A stretch of 64,000 nucleotides of DNA from Candidatus Micrarchaeota archaeon (GTDB lineage Archaea; Micrarchaeota; Micrarchaeia; Anstonellales; Bilamarchaeaceae), in the NCBI GenBank assembly GCA_038046765.1, contig JBBSVN010000004.1, forward strand, positions 96,001 to 160,000. The letters are read 5' to 3'. Below the pieces are notes generated by a model. The model did not search any database. It was not told where the DNA came from and was given only the letters and a program-made list of their open reading frames with translations. A program made the translations under genes and the position numbers. Shown in pieces: positions 30,255 to 39,861 of the stretch. Numbering within the stretch: position 1 is the first letter of the stretch; every line of letters starts with the position of its first letter.

Positions 30255-30711
30255 ATATAAATAATTGTCTTATTTCTTGATTGCTACCAGAACTCTCTTC
30301 ATACAACACTAAACGATAGATGCAGAAACGATAATCTTTTTGAACCCAGTCAATCGAAAGATTATTTAGTCCAGCTTCCTTAGCTAATGGTCCAAGATTT
30401 GAATCGATTTTAAGAAGTTCAGATTGGTTAACTAGATTCGGATAAATAATATTATTTTCAGAAGTATCGGATATTTCTTTTTTAGCAACAAGATTTTGTA
30501 CAGCATACTCGCTTATTGTAGTTAATTTATCAAATAGGATTTGATCTTCTAGGGCATTTTGGGAAAAATTTGAAAGTGTAAATTGTATTGAAATTGTTTG
30601 AACAATAATGATAACAATAACAAGTATGCTAAGTAACGCATCAAAAGATGCGAAGGCAGAACGGCTTTTCAAACAGACAATTTTTTTATACTGGTTCGTA
30701 GTTTTTGTCAT
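30244..30711 (-). CDS. Pilin-like protein
   Basis: RSA/FASFDALLS class III-like signal. Confidence 0.6.
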   Translation of the reverse strand: MTKTTNQYKKIVCLKSRSAFASFDALLSILVIVIIIVQTISIQFTLSNFSQNALEDQILFDKLTTISEYAVQNLVAKKEISDTSENNIIYPNLVNQSELLKIDSNLGPLAKEAGLNNLSIDWVQKDYRFCIYRLVLYEESSGSNQEIRQLFICGG

Positions 30712-31015
30712 TTAAATACCCGATTGTAGATCTTTTTATAGTTTGATTTTCATAAACAATGTAAATTGTCCGATTTTGAAAAATAAAATTTGTTTTTGAT
30801 GTATCAATCCATTTGTTCTTTGAAAATGCTAAGATATCGTAGGTCGTAGCCATTTCTTCAAGTTTAACTTTTAATTTTACAAAATCGATAAACAAATTAT
30901 TTGATTTTGCATAATTAATAAGCCCCGTAGATAGAATAATTAAGATGGATAAGTAAATTAAAAAGTTCAGCAGTACTTCAAGAGTAATCTGTCCTTTGAA
31001 ACAATTTCTCTTCAT
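30686..31015 (-). CDS. Pilin-like protein
   Basis: KG/QITLEVLL class III signal. Confidence 0.7.
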   Translation of the reverse strand: MKRNCFKGQITLEVLLNFLIYLSILIILSTGLINYAKSNNLFIDFVKLKVKLEEMATTYDILAFSKNKWIDTSKTNFIFQNRTIYIVYENQTIKRSTIGYLNDKNYEPV

Positions 31016-31019
31016 AAAT

Positions 31020-31664
31020 TTAACCCGTTATTTTATAATTACTTGGAACGTATCCGATGCTAACGACGCGGTAAGCTTTGTCAAAAACCGAAATCCCAAT
31101 TATCCCTTGTCTGGTCGAATCAGTTAATTGAACGGATTCTAAAATAGGGTAACCTGTTGAAACATCGACTTTTGAAATAATCATATTAGAACAAAAATCC
31201 AGATTCGAGCATGATGAACAAATTAACGCAGAGTTAGAACGTAACATGCTATCTTTGAGAATAGAAAAACTAGATGGAACATAATTATTGCACCAGAATT
31301 TGACTTCTACACTGTCCGCAAAATTTACATTTTTAATTGACATTATTTTTAGATAAACTGCGAGATTTACTGCATCTTCTGCTTCTTTCTCTTTATAGTT
31401 AGGTTTTGTTGGTTTTCTAGTGGCAACGGTAATGGCAATAGCCTTCTCTTCTTGTTCTTGAATATATTTATTTAACCCATCCCGTGCTCCTTCCCGAGCG
31501 AGTTCAATTATCGCATCTTTTGCATTAAGGTCTATTTTAGATACTCGGGAAAAGGAGATCGCTTGACTAAGATTTGTTTTATCAGAATAGGTTAAAGCTT
31601 CAAGAGATAAGAGTAACAAAATAACTGCAAAGAAAACTAGGATAAATGTAACGTAACCGCGCAT
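31020..31664 (-). CDS. Pilin-like membrane-anchored protein
   Basis: MRG/YVTFILV N-terminus. Confidence 0.55.
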   Translation of the reverse strand: MRGYVTFILVFFAVILLLLSLEALTYSDKTNLSQAISFSRVSKIDLNAKDAIIELAREGARDGLNKYIQEQEEKAIAITVATRKPTKPNYKEKEAEDAVNLAVYLKIMSIKNVNFADSVEVKFWCNNYVPSSFSILKDSMLRSNSALICSSCSNLDFCSNMIISKVDVSTGYPILESVQLTDSTRQGIIGISVFDKAYRVVSIGYVPSNYKITG

Positions 31665-31700
31665 AAAAATATTAAAAAGAAGGAAAATATAAAACTAGGT

Positions 31701-31880
31701 TTATTTTACCTTAACAGCGTAGCTCCCAACAGTAGTTATTTCTGCTACCTTTGCTACTTCTGAGCGTTCTGGATCAAGAATAATTACCATACCAGAGAAT
31801 TTTTCTGATAAGTCACCCTGGCATTTGGGACATTGTTTTTCTGTTGAAACGATATAACGACAATTTCTGCAAGCTTTCAT
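31701..31880 (-). CDS. spt4: Transcription elongation factor Spt4 (RpoE'')
   Basis: KACRNC..CPKC, GMVIILDPERSEVAK and YAVKV; GGAGG RBS before ATG 31880. Confidence 0.95.
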   Translation of the reverse strand: MKACRNCRYIVSTEKQCPKCQGDLSEKFSGMVIILDPERSEVAKVAEITTVGSYAVKVK

Positions 31881-31896
31881 AGGAATGTACCTCCGT

Positions 31897-31981
31897 GTTA
31901 GCATTGAGCTTTGAGTAATGAGCATTGAGCAACGTATTAGTTTCGTGACTCATTGCCCATGATACAATAGCCCATGGCTAG
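31897..31981. repeat. Heptamer-palindrome element, copy 4
   Basis: TGAG heptamers x4, with the core inverted relative to copies 1 and 3. Confidence 0.85.
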
Positions 31982-31987
31982 TAATGA

Positions 31988-32599
31988 TTATTTCTCTTTC
32001 TTTTCTTTTTTAGATTCTTTCTTTTCTTCTTTCTTTGGAGTTTCTTCAACTTTTTCTTTCTTCTTTTCGTCTAACCATTCTACTTTACCTAGACCATCAG
32101 GTCGCATTGTAAGACCAATCTTTGTATCAGTTACAGCACCTTTAAGACTAACTGTTGAAACTTTTACAAGAACTTGGTCTCCTTTTTTAATTCCTTTTTT
32201 ATCCTTTGAAACCAAAGATTTTGATTTTTTATCAAAAAAGAATTTTTCCTTTCCGATTTGTGATATGTGCAATAACCCTTGTAAAGCACCCATGCTAACA
32301 AATGCACCAAATTCAACAGTTTCTTTTACTTCGCCAACATATACTTCATTTACGTATGGCATGAAACATAATGCATCTAATCGGACATTGTAATAAATCC
32401 CATTATCCCCTGGAATAACTAGACCATCACTTAATACCTGGACATTGTCAACAGATAGGATTAAACCAGTTTCCTTAAAGATTCTTCGTTCGAATTTATC
32501 TCTAAGCATACCTAGGACAGCCGAATTAAGTTCGCTACCTAGCAATTTTGGAAGTATTCGGATTCTTTCTTCAATGGTTTTTACATAATACATAAACAC
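31988..32599 (-). CDS. rpoE1: RNA polymerase subunit E' (Rpo7)
   Basis: IPGDNG..Y, EFGAFV, GLLHISQI and KIGLTMR..GLGK motifs. Confidence 0.95.
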   Translation of the reverse strand: MFMYYVKTIEERIRILPKLLGSELNSAVLGMLRDKFERRIFKETGLILSVDNVQVLSDGLVIPGDNGIYYNVRLDALCFMPYVNEVYVGEVKETVEFGAFVSMGALQGLLHISQIGKEKFFFDKKSKSLVSKDKKGIKKGDQVLVKVSTVSLKGAVTDTKIGLTMRPDGLGKVEWLDEKKKEKVEETPKKEEKKESKKEKKEK

Positions 32600-32727
32600 A
32601 CCTAAAATAAGAGAATAATTGCCTCTAGTGCAAAGCTTTTAATCATTAATATACCATATAATAGTCTAACGATTGGTTTTTAAAGATAAGGTTTATTAAA
32701 AAATTCTAATCTACTAGAGGTTATACT

Positions 32728-34233
32728 ATGACACAAAACGAATTGCATGAAAAAATACATGAAATATCCCTTGGCCGAAGTTTTTTCTTCCCTAGTAACG
32801 AGATATATAATAACGTTGCCGGTTTTTATGATTATGGACCAGTTGGAAGTTTACTTAAGAAAAAGGTTGAAAACTTATTTAGATCGTTATTTATCCGACA
32901 GGAAGGTTTCCACGAAATAGAAGCATCAATAATTACACCTGAAATCGTACTAAAAGCGAGTGGGCACGTTGATACGTTTGCCGACCCAGTCATGGAATGT
33001 GTAAACTGCAAAACGCGTGTGAGGGCAGATAGTTTTGTCGAAGGCGCCGTAGCTAATTTTAAATGGGATTCAAAAATTGAGAGCTTAGATAAGATGGTTT
33101 TGGAAAACCAACTAAAATGCCCCAAATGTAAAGGAGATTTTTCAAGCGTTTTGATGTTCAACCTTATGTTTAAAACAGGAATAAGTGCAGACCAAGCTGC
33201 TGCGTATTGCAGACCAGAAACTGCGCAGGGAACTTTTACGTCCTTCCAAAGAATTTTCAGAAATCACGGAGCAAAACTACCAATAGCCGTAGCACAAATC
33301 GGCAAAAGCTTTAGGAATGAAATTTCACCAAGAAAGGGGATTGTCAGGATGCGTGAATTTACCCAGATGGAACTAGAATATTTCTTTTCACCAGCAAATG
33401 ATAAATTTGAAAAATACAAACAGTATGCTAACTTGGAAATGAGATTTTTAGTTGATGATAAAACCGAAACTAAGACGGTACAAAAAGCATTAGATGATGG
33501 AACAATTGTAAACCAGATCATGGCATATTTTATGGCTCTTGAATGGGTTTATTATAAAAGATGCGGAATAGACGAGGATAGAACGTACTTTAGAGTAATA
33601 CCAAAAGAAGGTACACCACATTACTCAAAGAAAAATATTGATATGGAAGTTATTACATCAGTTGGAGCAATTGAAGTAAACGGAAACGCCTACAGAACTG
33701 ATTTTGACTTAAGCCAACATAAAAAATTTTCTGGAAAGGAAATTGAAGTTTTTATAGAAGAAGAAAAAGCAAAAATAATCCCACACGTTTTTGAAGCAGC
33801 GCTTGGAGTAGATCGATTAGTATTTTGTATACTTGAGCATTGTTTTAAATCAAAACAGGAAAAGAAAGAAGGAGAAAAGGAAGCAGTTAAGGAATGGGAA
33901 TGGTTCGATTTCCCACCTGAAATTGCGCCGTATAGTTGCGCAATATTCCCGTTAATGAAAAAAAATGGTATGAGCGAAAAAGCGCAAGAAATTTGCGCTA
34001 CTTTACGTGAGAATTACGATGTATTTTACCAGGAAAGCGGAAGTATTGGTAAAAGATATGCCCGTGCTGATGAGATTGGGGTTCCGTATGCAATTACTGT
34101 AGATTATCAAACATTTGAAGATGGAACAGTTACGATAAGGTACAGAAATGATGGACTACAAGAAAGAATAAAGGTAACGCAGTTAACTGCAACAATAAAA
34201 GAGAATATAGCTAAGGGCAGGGTAAAGTTATGA
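32728..34233 (+). CDS. glyS: Glycyl-tRNA synthetase (alpha2 type)
   Basis: GFYDYGP, ASGHVDTF, RPETAQG, FRNEISPR and SIGKRYARADEIG motifs. Confidence 0.97.
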   Translation: MTQNELHEKIHEISLGRSFFFPSNEIYNNVAGFYDYGPVGSLLKKKVENLFRSLFIRQEGFHEIEASIITPEIVLKASGHVDTFADPVMECVNCKTRVRADSFVEGAVANFKWDSKIESLDKMVLENQLKCPKCKGDFSSVLMFNLMFKTGISADQAAAYCRPETAQGTFTSFQRIFRNHGAKLPIAVAQIGKSFRNEISPRKGIVRMREFTQMELEYFFSPANDKFEKYKQYANLEMRFLVDDKTETKTVQKALDDGTIVNQIMAYFMALEWVYYKRCGIDEDRTYFRVIPKEGTPHYSKKNIDMEVITSVGAIEVNGNAYRTDFDLSQHKKFSGKEIEVFIEEEKAKIIPHVFEAALGVDRLVFCILEHCFKSKQEKKEGEKEAVKEWEWFDFPPEIAPYSCAIFPLMKKNGMSEKAQEICATLRENYDVFYQESGSIGKRYARADEIGVPYAITVDYQTFEDGTVTIRYRNDGLQERIKVTQLTATIKENIAKGRVKL

Positions 34234-34931
34234 AAAGATATTTTCTTTTAATTTTATTAATAATTTCGCTTTATTCTTTTGGTTGTTTTACAAGAACAAA
34301 TGCAGAACCAGCTAAAAACCAAGTCAATCAAAGTGCAAATACAACATTACCCGTAGGAGGGATGTCATTTACAGTTATTTCACCAAAAAATGAGCAAATA
34401 ATAAAAACAAATAGTGATTACACAGATGTAATTTTTTATCTTTCAACAATAAACTTAAACATCGTACCAGCTGGGCCAAAAAACACCCCTGGAAACGGAC
34501 ATTTTGATATTTATGTTGATGGCTTAATGCAAAAAAAAGTTTTTAGTAAAACATTTACATTAAAAAATCTTGAGCAGGGCAAACATAATATTACGATCGA
34601 ATTTGTGAACATAAATCATTCAAGTTATAACCCAAAAATAACACAAAACATTAGTCTGGAAATAACACAGGGAGGCACTAGAACAATAATCGAAGAAGTA
34701 ATTATTAGAGATTTTGAATATTTACCTTCCATAGCATATATCAAGGCAGGAGACGTGGTATCATGGATAAATAAAGGAAATTCCCCCAGATCAATAACAA
34801 GCACAAACAATTTTGACTCCGGAATTATTCCAAGTGATGCCGAATTTGCCAGGAAATTTGACGAAAAAGGAGAATATACGTACTTTTCAATCAATTATCC
34901 TTTAATGCAAGGAAAAATCGTAGTGGAATAA
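34230..34931 (+). CDS. Lipoprotein with C-terminal cupredoxin-like domain
   Basis: FGC lipobox; IKAGDVVSWIN, FDSG and GEYTYF...MQGKIVV. Confidence 0.75.
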   Translation: MKRYFLLILLIISLYSFGCFTRTNAEPAKNQVNQSANTTLPVGGMSFTVISPKNEQIIKTNSDYTDVIFYLSTINLNIVPAGPKNTPGNGHFDIYVDGLMQKKVFSKTFTLKNLEQGKHNITIEFVNINHSSYNPKITQNISLEITQGGTRTIIEEVIIRDFEYLPSIAYIKAGDVVSWINKGNSPRSITSTNNFDSGIIPSDAEFARKFDEKGEYTYFSINYPLMQGKIVVE

Positions 34932-35048
34932 CCAAATATTTATAAATTAACGCAAGGAGATCTAAGCGAAACAAAAGAACGTTTAAAAACATTAAACTAC
35001 ATAGTGGTACTACAAATTAATACGTACAATTTTTACTTAGGTGATGGA

Positions 35049-35306
35049 ATGGTCAAGTATTTAATAGCAAGACAACTTTCGGGTAAGAAAATTATTACCA
35101 ACGAAGGAGAAGACTTTGGAAGACTGGTTGATTTGAACATAAATGAACTAACAGGAAAAATAGAGAACTTAATAGTAGAACCAAACCCAGATTCAGTTCT
35201 AGCTTCGAAAATGAGAAAAGACGACAGCATGGTAATGGTTCAATACGAAAGCGTACTAGCAATTGGCGATTATATTATTGTCGAAAAGAGAAACATGACA
35301 TATTAA
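35049..35306 (+). CDS. PRC-barrel protein (CdpB-like)
   Basis: LSGKKIITNEG..FGRLVDL and VLAIGDYIIV; GGTGA RBS. Confidence 0.85.
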   Translation: MVKYLIARQLSGKKIITNEGEDFGRLVDLNINELTGKIENLIVEPNPDSVLASKMRKDDSMVMVQYESVLAIGDYIIVEKRNMTY

Positions 35307-35449
35307 TAATAAATTTTTAATTTTTTTATTTTATATTTTTATTTTATTCTTTTTATATTTTTATAGTTTTAATTTTATATCTCTTGTTTTAATCGTTTTT
35401 CTAGATTTTATTAACGCTATGGCAACTTTTTATTCTTATTCTAAACGAA

Positions 35450-35818
35450 CTACAATACTTGAACTGAAATTTCCTGTTGTATTCCTTCCCTTAACACCCA
35501 CTCGCGTTTAAAGTTACTATTTTCCGTTTGTTTTTCTTTTACTCTGCTAGAAATTTTATTTCTAAAATAAGATAGCAGGTTAGCTTCGAGAAGAATTTTT
35601 TCGGTCTTTTTTAAGACTTTTTTATTTTTTGTCGACCTTTTCCTCTTTAATTTAGAATAGATGTTACAAAGCTCCGCGATTGTACTTAATTTATCTTTTC
35701 TAATTAGTGTAATCTCTGGAAATTCCGATTTATCTAGTTCTAAATATGTGTTTGTTAATTCTTCTAAGGTCTGTGAAGGAAAATTTATTGATTTAAGCTT
35801 CTTAGAATCTAAATTCAT
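35450..35818 (-). CDS. Basic hypothetical protein
   Basis: 122-aa ORF, no recognised motif. Confidence 0.45.
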   Translation of the reverse strand: MNLDSKKLKSINFPSQTLEELTNTYLELDKSEFPEITLIRKDKLSTIAELCNIYSKLKRKRSTKNKKVLKKTEKILLEANLLSYFRNKISSRVKEKQTENSNFKREWVLREGIQQEISVQVL

Positions 35819-35903
35819 AGTAATAGTTAACCAGCATTTTTATTTAAATTCGCGTTTATTACAAATCCGCTAGGGATATATGCTTTATTGGATATATATT
35901 TAT

Positions 35904-36938
35904 ATGAAAAAACCTGAGTTATTTGAAAACTCTATTGCAGAACTTGCAGGTTTGTGGATAGCTGAAGGGGATGATAAAACTAAGTGGGAAATAACAATTA
36001 CAAACAATTCACTTGAACTAATAAAATTTTCATACAATGTCTTAAAGAGACTTTTCAGACCAAAAAATTTTAGAATTTACATTTATTTACCTGAAAAAAG
36101 TTGGGTAATAAAAGAACGCTTACCTAAAGCCATTTTAAAATATTATATGGATCAAAGAGCAAACAAACCGTATTTTATACTTAGATTCGCAAACGTAATT
36201 AAAGTCAAAGAATGGAAACAAATGGTTCAGAAAATATGCTCGAATGAAAGATATTACTCAGATATTTTAAGAGGATTCTTTGCAGGGGAAGGAAACATAA
36301 AAACAGGAACCCATTCTGATAGAACATTAAGAATGGCTCAGAAGGAGCCTATACCAGTAATAAACAAAATTTTAGAACATTTCCAAATCGAATGGAAATT
36401 TAGTAATAGAGAGCGTAGTTATGTAATAGTTGGAAGAAACAACTGGAAAAAACTTGCGGATATCAGAATAGCAGATATGCATCCAATTAAAAAGCAAAAA
36501 TTTTGGGAAGTTTACGATGGATATAAACAATGGCATTATAAGAAACACTACATACGAGATAACATTGAAACTTTATTGATTACACCTCTAACATCTAGTG
36601 AGCTTGCGATAAAGTTTAATCGAGATCATTCTAGGTTAACAGAAATATTATGTGAATTAAAGAAGAAGAATAAGGTGCAAATGTTTAAAGTTAGAAGCAA
36701 AATCTATTGGTTAAGCATTAACTCTAAGATAATTCCAATTTCAAAAAGAAAAAGATCGATTCTAGATACTATTAATGTAAAACCAAAAAGAACTTATGAA
36801 ATAGCACATGAGTTAGGAATAGATCAAAAAGGTGCTTTAAGAAGATTAAGAGAACTAGAAAAATTACAATTAGTATATCGTGAAGATTACTTTTGGAGCA
36901 AGCTTCCGATTCAAAAAGAGGTGTTAGTGTATGAGTAA
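35904..36938 (+). CDS. Free-standing double-motif LAGLIDADG endonuclease-like protein with C-terminal HTH domains
   Basis: AELAGLWIAEG and DILRGFFAGEG motifs; TSSELAIKF and TYEIAHELG HTHs; alternative start 35880. Confidence 0.85.
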   Translation: MKKPELFENSIAELAGLWIAEGDDKTKWEITITNNSLELIKFSYNVLKRLFRPKNFRIYIYLPEKSWVIKERLPKAILKYYMDQRANKPYFILRFANVIKVKEWKQMVQKICSNERYYSDILRGFFAGEGNIKTGTHSDRTLRMAQKEPIPVINKILEHFQIEWKFSNRERSYVIVGRNNWKKLADIRIADMHPIKKQKFWEVYDGYKQWHYKKHYIRDNIETLLITPLTSSELAIKFNRDHSRLTEILCELKKKNKVQMFKVRSKIYWLSINSKIIPISKRKRSILDTINVKPKRTYEIAHELGIDQKGALRRLRELEKLQLVYREDYFWSKLPIQKEVLVYE

Positions 36939-37606
36939 CTATCTTGTAGGTATTGATGAGACTGGCAGAGAAATTTAGTTTCTTGTATAAGAACTAGAGA
37001 ACTGTAAGTAGCCTCATTGGTCCATTAGTGATTTGCATGGCAACATGTAATCGAGCATATGAAAAGAAATTAGATATGTTGGGGAAAAAAGACTCCAAAC
37101 AACTATCAGCAAAACAACGCGAGGAAATACTAAAAGAACTGGAAAAAATTTGCAGTTTCAAATGGATCGCAGTTTCAGCAGTAGACTTAAACAAATTAAT
37201 GGACACAAAATCATTAAACGAAATTGAAGCAACAGTAATGGCGTCATTAATCAAACAGGTAAAAGAAGGAGATATAATGATAGATTTACCTGATCGTTAT
37301 TCGTACACGTTTAAAAGAAGAATGGACAAACTAGGAGTAAAGAAATTTGAAGCAGAACACAAGGCAGACGAAAATTATCCAATAGTAGCAGCTGCTTCAA
37401 TTTGTGCAAAGGTTACAAGAGATAAAATGGTTGCTGAGATTAGGGAAATTATAGGGGACTTTGGAAGCGGATATCCAAGCGACCCTAAAACGATAAAAAT
37501 GTTAAAAGAAAAGGGATGGATAGAGAAAGCAAAACTATACATAAGAAGTAAATGGAAAACTTTGGAAAATTTTAAACAAAAAAAGTTGTTTGAAGAAGGA
37601 ACTTAA
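36931..37606 (+). CDS. rnhB: Ribonuclease HII, two exons: 36931-36970 and 37008-37606 (212 aa spliced)
   Basis: Joined exons read MSNYLVGIDETGRGSLIGPLVIC; DSKQLS, EHKAD, AASICAKVTRD and GSGYPSDP motifs. Confidence 0.9.
36971..37007 (+). other. 37-nt BHB-type intron in rnhB mRNA
   Basis: Central helix GCAG/CTGT, bulges AG^A and AA^G, exon stem GATGAGACTG/TAGCCTCATT; removal restores frame and motif. Confidence 0.85.
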
Positions 37607-37647
37607 TGATACAAAAACTTTTAAAGAAGAAACGAAGTGAGTAAGCT

Positions 37648-37941
37648 ATGAAAGATATAAAGGAGATAGAAAAGGAATTAACAAAACACAAACATGAGTT
37701 ATTTGCAAAATTCAAAATAAAAAAGCTAGGATTGTTTGGTTCTTACGTAACAGGAGAACAAAAGAAGAATAGCGACTTAGATATATTAGTCGAATTTACT
37801 GAAACACCCGGAATGTTTAAATATTTGAATTTAGAAGAATCACTCGAAAATATTATAGGAATAAACGTAGACTTAGTGATGAAAACGTCACTTAAGCAAC
37901 ACATTGAAAAACAAATTTTAAGCGAGGTTGTTTACCTTTAG
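37648..37941 (+). CDS. Minimal nucleotidyltransferase (orphan MNT)
   Basis: LFGSYVTGE..SDLDILVEF motif. Confidence 0.9.
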   Translation: MKDIKEIEKELTKHKHELFAKFKIKKLGLFGSYVTGEQKKNSDLDILVEFTETPGMFKYLNLEESLENIIGINVDLVMKTSLKQHIEKQILSEVVYL

Positions 37942-37949
37942 TGAACCCC

Positions 37950-38231
37950 ATGGCAATAGTAAAAATAAAAAACGAAAACGTTGAATTTGAAGTTCCTGAC
38001 GGGGATTTGATCATCGAGTACTTGTGGAACAATAGTTCATTTCCCGCAGGATGCATTGATGGCAGCACAACGATTTGTGCGTGCGTAGTTTTACAAGGAA
38101 TAGAGAATATAAACCCGAGAACACATGCGGAAATAGTTACATTTACTAAAGCGAATATGCCTAACTCGGCACGTAATCGTTTAGCTTGTCAGATAAGGAT
38201 ATTTAAGGGAACACTTGTTATTGAATACTAA
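37950..38231 (+). CDS. 2Fe-2S ferredoxin-like protein
   Basis: PAGCIDG..IC and RLACQ motifs. Confidence 0.75.
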   Translation: MAIVKIKNENVEFEVPDGDLIIEYLWNNSSFPAGCIDGSTTICACVVLQGIENINPRTHAEIVTFTKANMPNSARNRLACQIRIFKGTLVIEY

Positions 38232-38272
38232 TCCTAAACAACTAATTCTAAAATGAAAAACAAAGAAAAGAA

Positions 38273-39028
38273 TTAGAAACCACTAGATGAATAGACATCT
38301 TGAACTTGTTCTGGTGGTTTAGGTAACGTGGCATTTAGAACGGGTTGTTCTTCTAAAATACGCTTGATCTGAGCTTGAACATCTCTTAGAAGATCTCTTA
38401 CGTTTTTTAATGTAATTGGAGTCATAGATGTCCCCCCACAATCATTATGACTTGTAGTAAGGCTTAGACTAACCAGCTCCTTCGCAAGCTTAGGTCGAAT
38501 TTTAATACCTGCAAGTTCAGATCGATTAGTTAGTAAAGCTAAATCAACTTCAGCTTTAAGCTGCTTTAAATTCAGTTTATCCATATCTGCAATGGTATCT
38601 CGAATATTTAGTACTTTAAAAAGTAGCAAATTCAAATTTTGTAATTGTTGCAGGTATTTCCTGCAATCATATAATGCTTCTAAGCCATTCATCTTTCCTG
38701 ATTCGTATACGTCAGCCGGAACTAATGAATAACGCTCAATAGTTAAATTTCTTGCAACTCCACAAACTGATGGTTGTCCAAGTAGTGCATTTGTACGATT
38801 TAGTAACTTATTTACATCTTCTTTTGCTTTAACTGAATCGAAATTTTTATTAGATATAGATTCACTTAAAGACCCGATTCTAGCAACTAAACCAAGTATC
38901 GCTCTTTCAGTTTGTCTTTCCATTTTTTCAATTTTGGTTAGTAATACTTTTTCTGCTTGGCCAACTCTGGCAGAACTACTAGCAATTGTTGCTTTTTGCG
39001 TTGCATTTAATAACATCAATATCACCAT
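38273..39028 (-). CDS. Hypothetical helical protein
   Basis: 251-aa ORF. Confidence 0.6.
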   Translation of the reverse strand: MVILMLLNATQKATIASSSARVGQAEKVLLTKIEKMERQTERAILGLVARIGSLSESISNKNFDSVKAKEDVNKLLNRTNALLGQPSVCGVARNLTIERYSLVPADVYESGKMNGLEALYDCRKYLQQLQNLNLLLFKVLNIRDTIADMDKLNLKQLKAEVDLALLTNRSELAGIKIRPKLAKELVSLSLTTSHNDCGGTSMTPITLKNVRDLLRDVQAQIKRILEEQPVLNATLPKPPEQVQDVYSSSGF

Positions 39029-39121
39029 TTTTGAGTTTTTTTAATTTTTTATACGGCGATTTGACAAGAAATAAATAGTTATGAAAATTTTAGTCCAGAT
39101 ATAAATTATAAAGTAAGTGGG

Positions 39122-39232
39122 CTAGAGCCCAAAATAAAAGAAGCAGTATTTTGCATAATTAGATACATTGCTTAAGCTAACGATCTTGGCATTTGCATTT
39201 CCTGCAATTTTGCTAGTTTCGCGATTGTTCAT
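39122..39232 (-). CDS. Possible 36-aa small protein
   Basis: ATG preceded by GTGAT RBS-like sequence; MNNRETSK...YCFFYFGL. Confidence 0.3.
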   Translation of the reverse strand: MNNRETSKIAGNANAKIVSLSNVSNYAKYCFFYFGL

Positions 39233-39351
39233 TTTGTATCACATTTAATGTATAATATTATTGTGCACGCAAGTATTTAAAAAGGTTCTGACAATGTTAT
39301 TATTAGTATATTTTTAAGTAAAATATGTGTTCTTTAAACAATGTGATTTTT

Positions 39352-39825
39352 ATGCAATTTTACAAACCAAGTTGGAAGAAGATAACTGAATTATGCAGTG
39401 ATGTTGCAGATAGAGTAGTTGAATCGAATTTTTCACCAGATTTGTTAATTGGAATTTCTCGAGGAGGATTAGTTCCTGTTCGACTACTTAGCGATTATTT
39501 AGGCGTAAAAAATGTTGCAATAATTCGAATAGAATTTTATACGAAAGTTGGCGAGACAAAAACGAACCCCGAGATTACGCAACCGTTAAGCGTAGATGTT
39601 TCTGGTAAGAAGGTTTTAATTGTTGATGACATTGCTGATAGCGGGAATAGTTTACTAACTGCCAAAAATTATCTAAAAGAAAAGGGCGCAAGCGAAATTA
39701 AAACTGCAACATTGCATTATAAGTCTAGTTCTTTGATTAAACCAGATTATTACTCAGAAGGGACTACTGCATGGGTAGTTTATCCTTGGGAAAAAGAGGA
39801 AACGGAACGGGAAATAAGGGAGTGA
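39352..39825 (+). CDS. Type I phosphoribosyltransferase (purine salvage-like)
   Basis: ISRGGLVP, VLIVDDIADSGNSL and WVVYPWE motifs. Confidence 0.9.
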   Translation: MQFYKPSWKKITELCSDVADRVVESNFSPDLLIGISRGGLVPVRLLSDYLGVKNVAIIRIEFYTKVGETKTNPEITQPLSVDVSGKKVLIVDDIADSGNSLLTAKNYLKEKGASEIKTATLHYKSSSLIKPDYYSEGTTAWVVYPWEKEETEREIRE

Positions 39826-39861
39826 CAACGTTATTTAATCACGTTTATACATTTACTTTTT

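Noticed and set aside
35310..35400. T-rich low-complexity tract
   Set aside because: Ordinary archaeal terminator-like region between convergent genes
35904..36938. Intein or intron-encoded endonuclease
   Set aside because: No Cys/Ser start or His-Asn end and no flanking exteins; it lies upstream of rnhB, not inside it
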